32,000 bases of DNA from Candidatus Saccharimonadota bacterium. Its GTDB lineage: Bacteria > Pseudomonadota > Gammaproteobacteria > Enterobacterales > Enterobacteriaceae. The notes beneath the pieces were generated by a model. The model searched no databases. It was not told where the DNA came from and saw nothing but the letters and a program-made list of their open reading frames with translations. The DNA is taken from assembly GCA_049942765.1 (NCBI GenBank), contig CP188086.1, forward strand, positions 330,001-362,000. Reading direction: 5' to 3'. Each line of letters opens with the position of its first letter. Position 1 is the first letter of the stretch. The translations under genes and the position numbers were made by a program. Below are positions 10,559-19,572 of this stretch, one piece after another.

Positions 10559-12686
10559 GAATTTTAAAAAATATTTTATAAAAGTTTAAATATTCATATA
10601 TATGATATATAACAATATTATAACAAATATTTATACTTAAAAATAAAAATTATTATTCAGAGTAAAAATTCTCATTTAAATCAATTGATAACTCGTTTTG
10701 AATACTATATAAACCTATATACACAACGTCATAAAAATATAACTAAATAAAAAACTAATAATTTATGATGAAAAAGTCATGTAATTTATTATTTAATTAT
10801 AAATTTATAATAAATAATAATGATTATTAAATAAATATGTTTTATATATATATAAATATAATTTTTTTTAAATTATATTTAATATACTATCGTTCATTAC
10901 AATTATTGATAAAATTTATATTTATCAAATATAAATTGATAACAAAATTCATTATCTATTAATAAATAAAAAATATAAATAATAAATTAAATCCACAAAA
11001 TTTTAAATTATATTTATATACTTAAATTTTGTATACTATGAATTTATAAAAGATATTTAAATTAATATTAAAAACAATCAAAATAATAGTTCATAAAAAA
11101 AATAACAAAAAATAAAAAATTAAAAATTATTAAAATAAAAACTAAAAATTACAACAATATAAAAATATATTACGAACAAATGGAATTACTGTGAATAAAC
11201 TATTATGAAAAATAATCTCTAAAAAAATATTAAAAAAACTAATAAATCTGAACAATACTAATATATAAATAAACATGTAAAATACAAAACTTTAAGCGAG
11301 TAAGGATAATATTAAAATAACGATTGTTAATAGAATAAAAAAATAAAAAAATTTAAAAAATTTTTTATCAATAAAAACTAATACATATATTTAAACTAAA
11401 GTAAACATTTAAATTATAATTCTATTTATAACTTACAATATATTTATATATTTTTTATCAGTTCATTAATTACATAATGTTTTATATAAACTATATTATA
11501 TTAACAATGTTAGCATTGTCCTTATTTTTTTTTAAAATATTAAGTGATTTTGCTTAAACTAATATAGATTCTAACTAATATCCTTTAGTAATTTTAATAA
11601 CTATAATTACATATTTTGTAATTATTAATGTATAAACATATATATATTTAATACATAAATATTTTTTTAAAGAAAATTGAAAATAATTATTTTCACTAAT
11701 AGAAATAAATAATGATTAATCATTAATCATTTAAAAAAAATAAATATTTTATATCATTAATTAGTCAATTTAAATTCATATAAAAATCCTATTCTAACTA
11801 TCAAAACATTAAAAACAATCTATTCTCATTTTTTTAGCATGTAAATAATATCTATTACATATATTTTTATCTATTATGATCATCGTTCAATTTATTATAT
11901 TAATACCTATTTTTTTTTATTACTATAACTTTAAATAGATAATTATTTTAAATAATATATTATTGCTGATTTTAATGCATTCTAATATATAGAAAATTAT
12001 TTTTTGTCCGAAAAACCTTTATAGTATTATTTATTTCTAATAAATCAAAACCTAATTCTTTAAAAAATAATATACTTTAATGTTATTTAATAATCTAATA
12101 TTTCTTATTGTACTATTTATAGTATATGATAACATAACTATCTAAATTTAGAATTATTTTTATAAATTATTATAATATAAAACTATAATCATATCTTAAA
12201 CTGAAAGAAGTATGTTGTATTAAATATACTGAACATAATTTTAATATAACTAAAATAGTTACGATTCGATCTACTACAAATTAAATAATATAATTTTTTT
12301 TAAATATGACTATTTTTTATCATACTATTTTAATAAATTCATTTAATGAAGTTAGTTAAATAATTTTTTTCTTTTATTGATTTAAAATATATCAATACTC
12401 TATTTTATATGATCAAAAAATCAATAATATATTTTTATGCTTTATTAAATACGTATTAGATATTTATTATTCAATAAACATTGGTTAATATTAATTATTT
12501 CTAATGAGATTTTTATAAAAAATATTATATAATTCATACAATATTAATATAAAAAAACATTAAAGTTATTAACTTTTAATAAATAAACAAAACTAAAAAA
12601 TTAATTATTTAACATATACAATATATAAAAATAAACATCAAAAACATATAAAATAGTTATTAAAGATCTATTATATACATAAATAT
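10559..12686. other. 2128-bp ORF-free, extremely AT-rich spacer; probable fully eroded gene remnant(s)
   Basis: The supplied six-frame track has no ORF on either strand here. A hand count of eight 60-nt lines gives about 14% G+C (range 7-20%). It lies where the + strand block (trpD..cls) meets the - strand block (pyrF..mnmA). I saw no tRNA-like or other GC-rich structured island in it. Confidence 0.6.
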
Positions 12687-13397
12687 TCATAACATGGAAT
12701 AAAAACTATTTAACTCATCAATAGGTTTAGGAGACATAGTAACAGGACGACCTATTACTATGTAATCAATTGCAATTTTTTTTGCAATTATAGGTGTAAT
12801 AATTTGACTTTGATCGTTAGGGTATAAATTGTTCATTCTAATACCTGGAGTAATAATTTTTAAATTATTACCAAATACATTTTTAATATTTTTAGCTTCT
12901 GTTCCAGGACACACAATACCGTCTAAACCACATTCATCAGCTAAGCGAGCTAATAATAAAATTTGTTTCCGTAAAGAATGTTCTACTCCAATATTTTTTA
13001 AATCTCGTTCACAAAAACTAGTTAACATAGTTATCCCAATTAACATTGGAGTAGATTTAGAAAAATTTAATAACGCAAATTTAGCAGCTTGCAACATATT
13101 TATACCACCTAAAAGATGTACACTTAACATCCATACACCCAAATCAGCTGCTGCTTGTACCGATAAATAAACTGTATTCGGGATATCATGAAATTTCAAA
13201 TCAAGAAAAATTTTAAATTTTAACTTATGTAAATCTTCTATTAACTGTACACCAAATCTTGTAAACATAACTTTACCTATCTTTAAATAAAAAATAGATG
13301 GATCTAGCATACTAGCTAAATGCATTGCATCCTTTCTAGTAGTATAATCTAATGCTACTATAATTTTTGTTTTTTTAAATTTTTGTAATAACGACAA
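12687..13397 (-). CDS. pyrF: Orotidine-5'-phosphate decarboxylase
   Basis: 236 aa with the active-site motif DLKFHDIPNT, plus VALDY near the N-terminus and a GRPV-type C-terminal motif (IVIGRPVT). Confidence 0.93.
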   Translation of the reverse strand: MSLLQKFKKTKIIVALDYTTRKDAMHLASMLDPSIFYLKIGKVMFTRFGVQLIEDLHKLKFKIFLDLKFHDIPNTVYLSVQAAADLGVWMLSVHLLGGINMLQAAKFALLNFSKSTPMLIGITMLTSFCERDLKNIGVEHSLRKQILLLARLADECGLDGIVCPGTEAKNIKNVFGNNLKIITPGIRMNNLYPNDQSQIITPIIAKKIAIDYIVIGRPVTMSPKPIDELNSFYSML

Positions 13398-13479
13398 AAT
13401 AAACCTCGTAAAAAATAAAAAATATATTTATGAATATTACTTATATAAGTAAATATTTTATTTAAAAAATTAAATATTG

Positions 13480-14412
13480 TTATTTATTAATTTTATAATT
13501 ATATATTTGAGACTGTTTATAAGCATGGTAAGAAGATCTAACTAAAGGACCACAAAAAACATTGGAAAAACCAATAGATAAAGCTTCTTTTTCAATATCT
13601 TTAAATTCTAATAATGTATAATACCGCTTAACTGGTAAATGTAATTTACTAGGTTGTAAATATTGCCCTATAGTAATCATATTCACTCCATGTCGATACA
13701 AATCTTTCATAAGATTAACAATTTCCACATCAGTTTCTCCTAAACCTAACATAAAACCTGATTTAGTAGGTACATGAGAATATAATTTTTTAAATGTATT
13801 TAATAATGTTAAAGACGAATTGTAATCAGCACCTGGTCTAATAATTTTATATAATCTAGGTACATTTTCTATATTATGGTTAAATATATCAGGTAATGTA
13901 TTACCAATAATATTTAAAGCCATTTGTCTACAATTTTTAAAATCTGGTACTAAAATTTCAATTTTTACTTTTGACATTGAACGAATAGCTGTAATACAAC
14001 TAGAGAAATGTCCAGATCCGCCATCTCGTAAATCATCTCGCGCTACTGATGTCAAAACTACATAATTTATTTTCATATCCTTAATAGTACGCGCTAAATT
14101 CATTGCTTCGCTAGCATTTACTGACATTGGTCTACCGTGTTTAACAGCACAAAACGGACATTTTCTTGTGCAAATAGCACCTAAAATCATGAACGTTACT
14201 GTACCTTGATTAAAACATTCTAATAAATTCGGACATGCTGCTTCTTCACAAACAGAATGTAAATTATTAGATCGTAATATTGATTTCATATATCGAATAC
14301 GGAGAGAATGTATTGGAATTTTTATTTTAATCCAGTTTGGTTTTTTCAAAGAACTATTACTATAAGAAATATTCTTAACATTAATATTTTTCATTACACT
14401 ACATTTTTTCAT
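13480..14412 (-). CDS. lipA: Lipoyl synthase (radical SAM)
   Basis: 310 aa. It has the auxiliary-cluster motif [12 protein letters not shown] and the radical-SAM motif CTRKCPFC. The second in-frame Met (MKNINV) is an alternative start. Confidence 0.95.
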   Translation of the reverse strand: MKKCSVMKNINVKNISYSNSSLKKPNWIKIKIPIHSLRIRYMKSILRSNNLHSVCEEAACPNLLECFNQGTVTFMILGAICTRKCPFCAVKHGRPMSVNASEAMNLARTIKDMKINYVVLTSVARDDLRDGGSGHFSSCITAIRSMSKVKIEILVPDFKNCRQMALNIIGNTLPDIFNHNIENVPRLYKIIRPGADYNSSLTLLNTFKKLYSHVPTKSGFMLGLGETDVEIVNLMKDLYRHGVNMITIGQYLQPSKLHLPVKRYYTLLEFKDIEKEALSIGFSNVFCGPLVRSSYHAYKQSQIYNYKINK

Positions 14413-14550
14413 GATATTATTAATAATATTTTTTAAATTAAATGTTATTTATCTATATAACTCAAACATATTTAAGTTATTTATCAATAAATTATAAAAA
14501 ATAAAAAATCCTTTAAAATTAGTTATAGATTTCTAAACATATAAAACATC

Positions 14551-15174
14551 CTATCTCATAAAAAATACAGATAATTGATCTAATAAAACAATTTTTACTG
14601 AATCCATCGTAACATTATTGTTATAACATGACATCATAGTCATTTTCATATTTGTATTACCACATGGATATATATAATTAAATGGTAATAAATCCATATT
14701 AACATTTAATGCCAAACCATGTAACGATAATCCATTTTTAATTCTTAAGGCAATAGAACATATTTTTTTATCGCAAACATACACGCCAGGTAATGTATCA
14801 ATCCTATATCCTATAATAGAAAATATTTCTAAAGTATTGATAACTAATTGTTCAATTAAAAATATTAATTTTTTAGGATATAATTGACGTTGTTTTAAAT
14901 TTAATAAAAAATAAATAATCTGTTGTCCAGGAGCATGATATGTAACATTACCACCTCTATCACTACACTTTATTGGAATGTTATTCAAGTTAATTATATG
15001 CTTTGAATTATGTTTTGGACCTTGAGTAAAAATAGAATAATGCTCCGTAAACCATATTTCCTCTATACTGGATTTCGTATAATGATTTATAAAAGAATGC
15101 ATAGCTTCTACAATAAGAGTCCAATCTGTAATCCCTAAATCTCTAGCAATATATTTATTTTGATATAATTTCAT
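14551..15174 (-). CDS. lipB: Octanoyltransferase (lipoyl(octanoyl) transferase)
   Basis: 207 aa with RGGNVTYHAPGQ, KICSIALRIKNGLSLHGLALNVNMDL and the catalytic-Cys region YPCG. It is adjacent to lipA. Confidence 0.9.
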   Translation of the reverse strand: MKLYQNKYIARDLGITDWTLIVEAMHSFINHYTKSSIEEIWFTEHYSIFTQGPKHNSKHIINLNNIPIKCSDRGGNVTYHAPGQQIIYFLLNLKQRQLYPKKLIFLIEQLVINTLEIFSIIGYRIDTLPGVYVCDKKICSIALRIKNGLSLHGLALNVNMDLLPFNYIYPCGNTNMKMTMMSCYNNNVTMDSVKIVLLDQLSVFFMR

Positions 15175-15302
15175 ATGTGTTAAATATTTATATATTAATT
15201 ATAATACAATTTTATTAATTACTTAAAAACAACATAGATTAATGTTAATTTTTATCCAATATAATTATATCCATACAAGTAACTCACATACATAATTAAT
15301 AA

Positions 15303-15950
15303 TTATATTATTCCATATAATAAAGCACGAACACTAATAGTTATAAATTCAATTCCTAAAGACATTAATAATAAACCCATAACTCTAGTTAATATATTAA
15401 CACCTGTATGACCTAACATACGTACTATTACAGGTCCAGTTCTAAACAACAACCAACAACAAAAAGAAAAAAAAATGATAACAATACAACATAAAAATAA
15501 ATTTATCCAATGAAAATAACAATTACTCCATACTATAGTAGAACTAATAGCTCCAGGACCAGCAATTAAAGGCATAGCTAATGGAACAATAGATACATCT
15601 GAACAAACATTTTTTTTACAAATGATCTTGGTTCCATGTTTACTTTCTTCAATAATTTTTCCAGTAATCATAGACATAGCAATGATGATAATTAAAATTC
15701 CACCAGCAATTCTAAAAGAATTAATAGAAATACCAAATATATGCAAAATCAAATCGCCTATAAATAATGTTATGCACAAAATTAATGATGCAGCAATATT
15801 AGATTTAAGATTAATTTTATTTCTTTCATCATTACTATTATTAATAGTCATACTCATAAAAATTGGTATCATACCAATAGGATTTACTAATGCAAATAAA
15901 CTAATAAAAAATTTTGCATAAATAACAACATCGTGGATCAAAAATTGCAT
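15303..15950 (-). CDS. ychE: MarC-family integral membrane protein YchE
   Basis: 215-aa polytopic membrane protein with the MarC/UPF0056 pattern (FALVNPIGMIPIF ... PLIAGPGAIS). A strong Shine-Dalgarno (GGAGGG on the minus strand, + coordinates 15957-15962) lies 6 nt upstream of the ATG. Confidence 0.8.
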   Translation of the reverse strand: MQFLIHDVVIYAKFFISLFALVNPIGMIPIFMSMTINNSNDERNKINLKSNIAASLILCITLFIGDLILHIFGISINSFRIAGGILIIIIAMSMITGKIIEESKHGTKIICKKNVCSDVSIVPLAMPLIAGPGAISSTIVWSNCYFHWINLFLCCIVIIFFSFCCWLLFRTGPVIVRMLGHTGVNILTRVMGLLLMSLGIEFITISVRALLYGII

Positions 15951-16161
15951 CTTTTGCCCTCCTATATATATACTCCAATTTAATTAAATATTCAGTACTA
16001 TAAATGAACTATGATTAACAATAAAATTACTATTCAAAATCCATTTAATACTATTTTTTTAATCTAATATTCTAATTAAAAATATTTTGATATTATAGTA
16101 TATAACATTATTCTACAAACATTACAATTAACATCTAATAATAGTATTATTAGTACTATGA

Positions 16162-18129
16162 TTATATATTTTCACTAGATCTATATAACAAAATTGGTTT
16201 AGCAATAATGTGTCTTGTTAATGTTTTAATCTCATATAAATGAACTTTAATAATATCAGATACTTTACAGATAACAACAGTTTTTAAATGAATTAATCCA
16301 TTATCTTTATCAAAATATAAATCCTCTTTTTTATAATCAAAAAGTGAGGCAGGAATAAAAATATTAGCACCATTTTTAATTAATTTAACTCTTATACCTC
16401 CTTTATATACATCTATAATTTCAGCATTAAACAATTCATTATTAAAATTTTGATTTAAATACAATACATATAACCAATCTTCTACATCGCGTTGTACTAA
16501 TCGATATTTTCTTTTTCTTTCACTAATATGTATTAATAATTCGTTACTTAATGTCAAACTTTTAGTACCTGTAATAATAGACTTAATTAAACGATGATTA
16601 ATAATATCACTATACTTTCTAATAGGAGATGTCCAAGTAGCATATTGATCAAATCCTAATGAATAATGAGGACCAGGATATAAACATACTTCACCAAAAG
16701 ATTGATATCTACGAATTCTAAAATGTAAATATTCATTGGATATACTATTTAATTCACGATGAATTTTACAAAAACCAGTTAAAGACTTTACATCTTCACT
16801 AGTACAATTAATATTAAATTTAGATAGTAATATAATCGCTTGTTCTATATGACTAATATCAGTAATACCTTTATGAATATTAAATATTCCATAACCTAAA
16901 TTTTTAGATAAAAATTTAGCAGCGCAAACATTAGCAGCAATCATAGTTTCTTCAATCATTCTATGTGCTATACGTCTTACCTCAATAATAATTTTTTTAA
17001 TTGTTTGATCTGAATTAAAACAAAATTTATATTCTAGTTTTTCTTTAAAAATTAAAGCATGTTTTTTCCTCCATAACATTCTATTTTTACAAAATTTATG
17101 CAACAATATTAATTGTTTAGTAATACAACCAGATGAAGGAGCCCATTTTCCACTTTTTTCTAACCAATTAGATACATGTTCATATACCAATTTTTCTTTA
17201 GATTTAATCCAACCTAAAAAAAATGAAATACTTGAATCAATTATTTCACCGTTTAATAAAGTATTAAACTGACATACTAATACAGGCCTACGTTTATCTG
17301 GTAATAAAGAACAAATATTTTCAGATAGTTCATACGGTAACATAGGTATCTTAAAACCAGGTAAATAATTAGTAAAAGCTCTTTCTCTAGCTATCTGATC
17401 TAATCGGCTATCATGTAAAATATAAGCACTAGGATCTGCAATAGCTACCATTACAGTCAATATATCTTGTCCATTATCTTTAATAAAAACTGCATCATCT
17501 ATATCTTGAGTATCTATGCTATCAATCGTAATAAAATCTAAACTAGTTAAATCTTTTCTAGTATGACTATTATCAAAATGAAGTTCTTTAGAATCTAATA
17601 TTGATGGAGCTTGATGTTGTAAATTATATGATGCTAAAGTTACTAACCATGGATAAAAATTATCATTTTTTGTAATGATTAAATCAATTAATTCTGCAAA
17701 AAAAAATTGATCTCCATTCAATCTATGTTGAGTTAACTTAGCAATAACCCAATCTCCATGTTTATATTTATCAATCAAATAATTTTTTTGATGACATTTT
17801 ATTAAAATATTAATTAATGGATAGTCAGGTACTATAAATAATTGATCATTTTTTTTTTTAATCATCCCAACAAATTTTTTTAGAAAAGGTTCTATCAATT
17901 TTTCTGGTTCTACTATTGTTCTATTACATTCATGCTTCAATATTGCAGTTATTCGATCGCCATGCATAACTTTTGTCATTTTTTTTGGAGGGATAAAATA
18001 ACTTTTTTGTGAGTCTACTTCTAAAAAACCAAAACCTTTATCTGAACTTTTTACAATACCCTCTATACGAGGCATATTTGCATTAATTTTTTTTTTTAAT
18101 TGCATTAACAACGGATTATTATGAAACAT
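16162..18129 (-). CDS. rnb: Exoribonuclease II
   Basis: 655 aa. It has N-terminal cold-shock-like domains (GFGFLEVD), an RNB catalytic domain with DSIDTQDIDDAVF and HYSLGFDQYATWTSPIRKYSD, and a C-terminal S1 domain. Confidence 0.93.
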   Translation of the reverse strand: MFHNNPLLMQLKKKINANMPRIEGIVKSSDKGFGFLEVDSQKSYFIPPKKMTKVMHGDRITAILKHECNRTIVEPEKLIEPFLKKFVGMIKKKNDQLFIVPDYPLINILIKCHQKNYLIDKYKHGDWVIAKLTQHRLNGDQFFFAELIDLIITKNDNFYPWLVTLASYNLQHQAPSILDSKELHFDNSHTRKDLTSLDFITIDSIDTQDIDDAVFIKDNGQDILTVMVAIADPSAYILHDSRLDQIARERAFTNYLPGFKIPMLPYELSENICSLLPDKRRPVLVCQFNTLLNGEIIDSSISFFLGWIKSKEKLVYEHVSNWLEKSGKWAPSSGCITKQLILLHKFCKNRMLWRKKHALIFKEKLEYKFCFNSDQTIKKIIIEVRRIAHRMIEETMIAANVCAAKFLSKNLGYGIFNIHKGITDISHIEQAIILLSKFNINCTSEDVKSLTGFCKIHRELNSISNEYLHFRIRRYQSFGEVCLYPGPHYSLGFDQYATWTSPIRKYSDIINHRLIKSIITGTKSLTLSNELLIHISERKRKYRLVQRDVEDWLYVLYLNQNFNNELFNAEIIDVYKGGIRVKLIKNGANIFIPASLFDYKKEDLYFDKDNGLIHLKTVVICKVSDIIKVHLYEIKTLTRHIIAKPILLYRSSENI

Positions 18130-18352
18130 AACAACAATACCTAAAATAAGAATAAAACATTAAAAAATCAAATAAATTAATATTATTATATAATATATAA
18201 AATATATAGTTAAATCGTGTTATTCATACAATAAATCAAATATGATCAAGATCTATATAATAAAAAATGTATTTATATATGTTAATTTTTAAACTATGAA
18301 TTTAATAATGTATAAAAAATAAATATTAAAATATTATAAAATTAATATATCA

Positions 18353-19123
18353 TTAAATAGATGTAATACTAAAACCATTATCAACATAAATTATTTGTCC
18401 AGTAATACCACATGCTAAATCGGAACATAAAAAAGAAGCTGTATTACCTATATCTTGGATTGTTACAGAACGTTGAATAGGAGAATTCATTTGATATTTT
18501 TTAATAACCTGGTTAAAATTTTTTATAACAGATGATGCTAATGTTCGAATAGGTCCAGATGAAATAGCATTTACACGAACATATTGATTACCCATAGAAC
18601 AAGCCATATATCTTACATTAGCTTCTAAAGATGCTTTTGCAACTCCCATTACATTATAATAAGGAACAGCACGAATAGATCCTAAATAAGATAAAGTTAA
18701 CAACGATGAATTTTTATTCAACATTTTTCTACCTTTTTTTGCCAAAGCCACAAAACTATAAGAAGTAATATCATGTGCTTTTTGAAAATCATCCTTAGAT
18801 ACCACTTCGAGATAATCGTTTTTAAATTGTGATCTAGTTGCAAAAGCAATACAATGTACAAATCCATCAAATTTATTCCAATATTGAGATAATTTTAAAA
18901 ACATCTTTATAATATTAGAATCATGAGTAACATCACATGGTAAACAAATAGTAGAATTAAATGATTCTGCAAAATTTTGTATTCTTTTTTTTAATCGCAT
19001 ATCAGAATAAGTAAAAGCTAATTCAGCACCATGCGCATGCATAGATTCAGCAATACCAAAAGCAATAGAAAATTTATTAGATAATCCTGTAATTAAAATT
19101 TTTTTACCAGCAAGTAATTTCAT
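18353..19123 (-). CDS. fabI: Enoyl-[acyl-carrier-protein] reductase (NADH)
   Basis: 256 aa with the SDR fold. The FabI Tyr/Lys region is YNVMGVAKASLEANVRYMA, and the N-terminus is GKKILITGL..SIAFGIA. Confidence 0.95.
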   Translation of the reverse strand: MKLLAGKKILITGLSNKFSIAFGIAESMHAHGAELAFTYSDMRLKKRIQNFAESFNSTICLPCDVTHDSNIIKMFLKLSQYWNKFDGFVHCIAFATRSQFKNDYLEVVSKDDFQKAHDITSYSFVALAKKGRKMLNKNSSLLTLSYLGSIRAVPYYNVMGVAKASLEANVRYMACSMGNQYVRVNAISSGPIRTLASSVIKNFNQVIKKYQMNSPIQRSVTIQDIGNTASFLCSDLACGITGQIIYVDNGFSITSI

Positions 19124-19425
19124 ATATAAAACCTTTCAATTATGAGTTTACTTTAATTAAAACAATATATTTAAATTTATAAATATAATCTAATAACATT
19201 AAATAATTACGTATGCAAACATATTTTTAATGTTAAAACGTAATAGTTTTATACTAGTTACTATATACATCACATATTGTTTTTATAAAAAATAAAATTA
19301 TTATGTTTATTAAAAATTGGGAGTAGATAGCTAAAATAAAAATATTTTATTTTTATAAAAAGTAATTCTACATTTTAAGTAATTTATAATTATATATAAA
19401 TATTTATTTTTTAAAATTTACCCTT

Positions 19426-19446
19426 TATACTACTAATAGTAGTATA
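19426..19446. repeat. Perfect 21-nt palindrome (10-bp arms): tatactacta-a-tagtagtata
   Basis: Checked base by base around centre 19436. There are two G:C pairs per arm and symmetry breaks at 19425/19447. It abuts the TTGACA hexamer at 19447. Confidence 0.85.
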
Positions 19447-19475
19447 TTGACACTATCTAGAAATATTAATAAAAT
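19447..19475 (+). promoter_or_regulatory. Candidate sigma70 promoter: TTGACA-N17-TAAAAT (orphan, points into the 3' end of purB)
   Basis: A consensus -35 hexamer lies at 19447-19452, followed by a 17-nt spacer and a 5/6 match to TATAAT at 19470-19475. No + strand gene follows; purB is on the - strand and ends at 19573. Perfect TTGACA is uncommon in this composition, but -10-like hexamers are ubiquitous. Confidence 0.3.
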
Positions 19476-19572
19476 CTTTATCAATAAAATTAATAATATA
19501 TGAAATTATTATAATAATCCATGTTACGTACATCACATTAGACTATATACATTGTTTTTTAATATAATGTCT

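Noticed and set aside
10765-10830. Mini-ORFs in spacers: 21-aa MMKKSCNLLFNYKFIINNNDY at 10765-10830 and 17-aa MKKLLISIVLIYIRLMS at 22749-22802
   Set aside because: They have no Shine-Dalgarno, their lengths are in the range expected by chance, and their composition mirrors the background. They are not supportable as genes without conservation or expression data.
10989-10997. DnaA-box-like aaATCCACA (7/9 match to TTATCCACA) in the desert, near TTGATAA/TTATCAA inverted copies at about 10905-10942
   Set aside because: It is a single imperfect box with no cluster of boxes and no adjacent DUE/13-mer-type organisation that I can distinguish from background AT-richness. The Buchnera origin is expected near mnmG/dnaA, not here. 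It is most likely a relic of former coding sequence.
11621-11650. dif-like string ttaatgtataaacatatatat (compared with the E. coli dif core ATAATGTATATTATGTTAAAT)
   Set aside because: Only the TGTATA centre and a few flanking bases match, and the XerD arm is not recognisable. Buchnera-type genomes generally lack the recombination machinery that makes dif necessary.
11711-11731. Palindrome aatgattaat-c-attaatcatt, resembling a Fur box (GATAATGATAATCATTATC)
   Set aside because: The core is TGATTAATCA rather than TGATAATCA, so the half-site spacing differs by 1 bp. It lies in a gene-less desert with nothing to regulate, and I have no evidence that the organism encodes Fur.
12829-13170. 113-aa + strand ORF antisense to pyrF; also 15622..15921 (+) in ychE and 29537..29782 (+) in grpE
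   Set aside because: They are fully embedded antisense in genes with clear catalytic or family motifs. They show no homology signal or start context, so I treat them as shadow ORFs.
19263-19274. TrpR-operator-like ACTAGTTA-CTAT in the fabI-purB spacer
   Set aside because: It matches only one half-site plus a shifted partial second half. It is not located near the trp genes, and no trpR is expected in this kind of genome.
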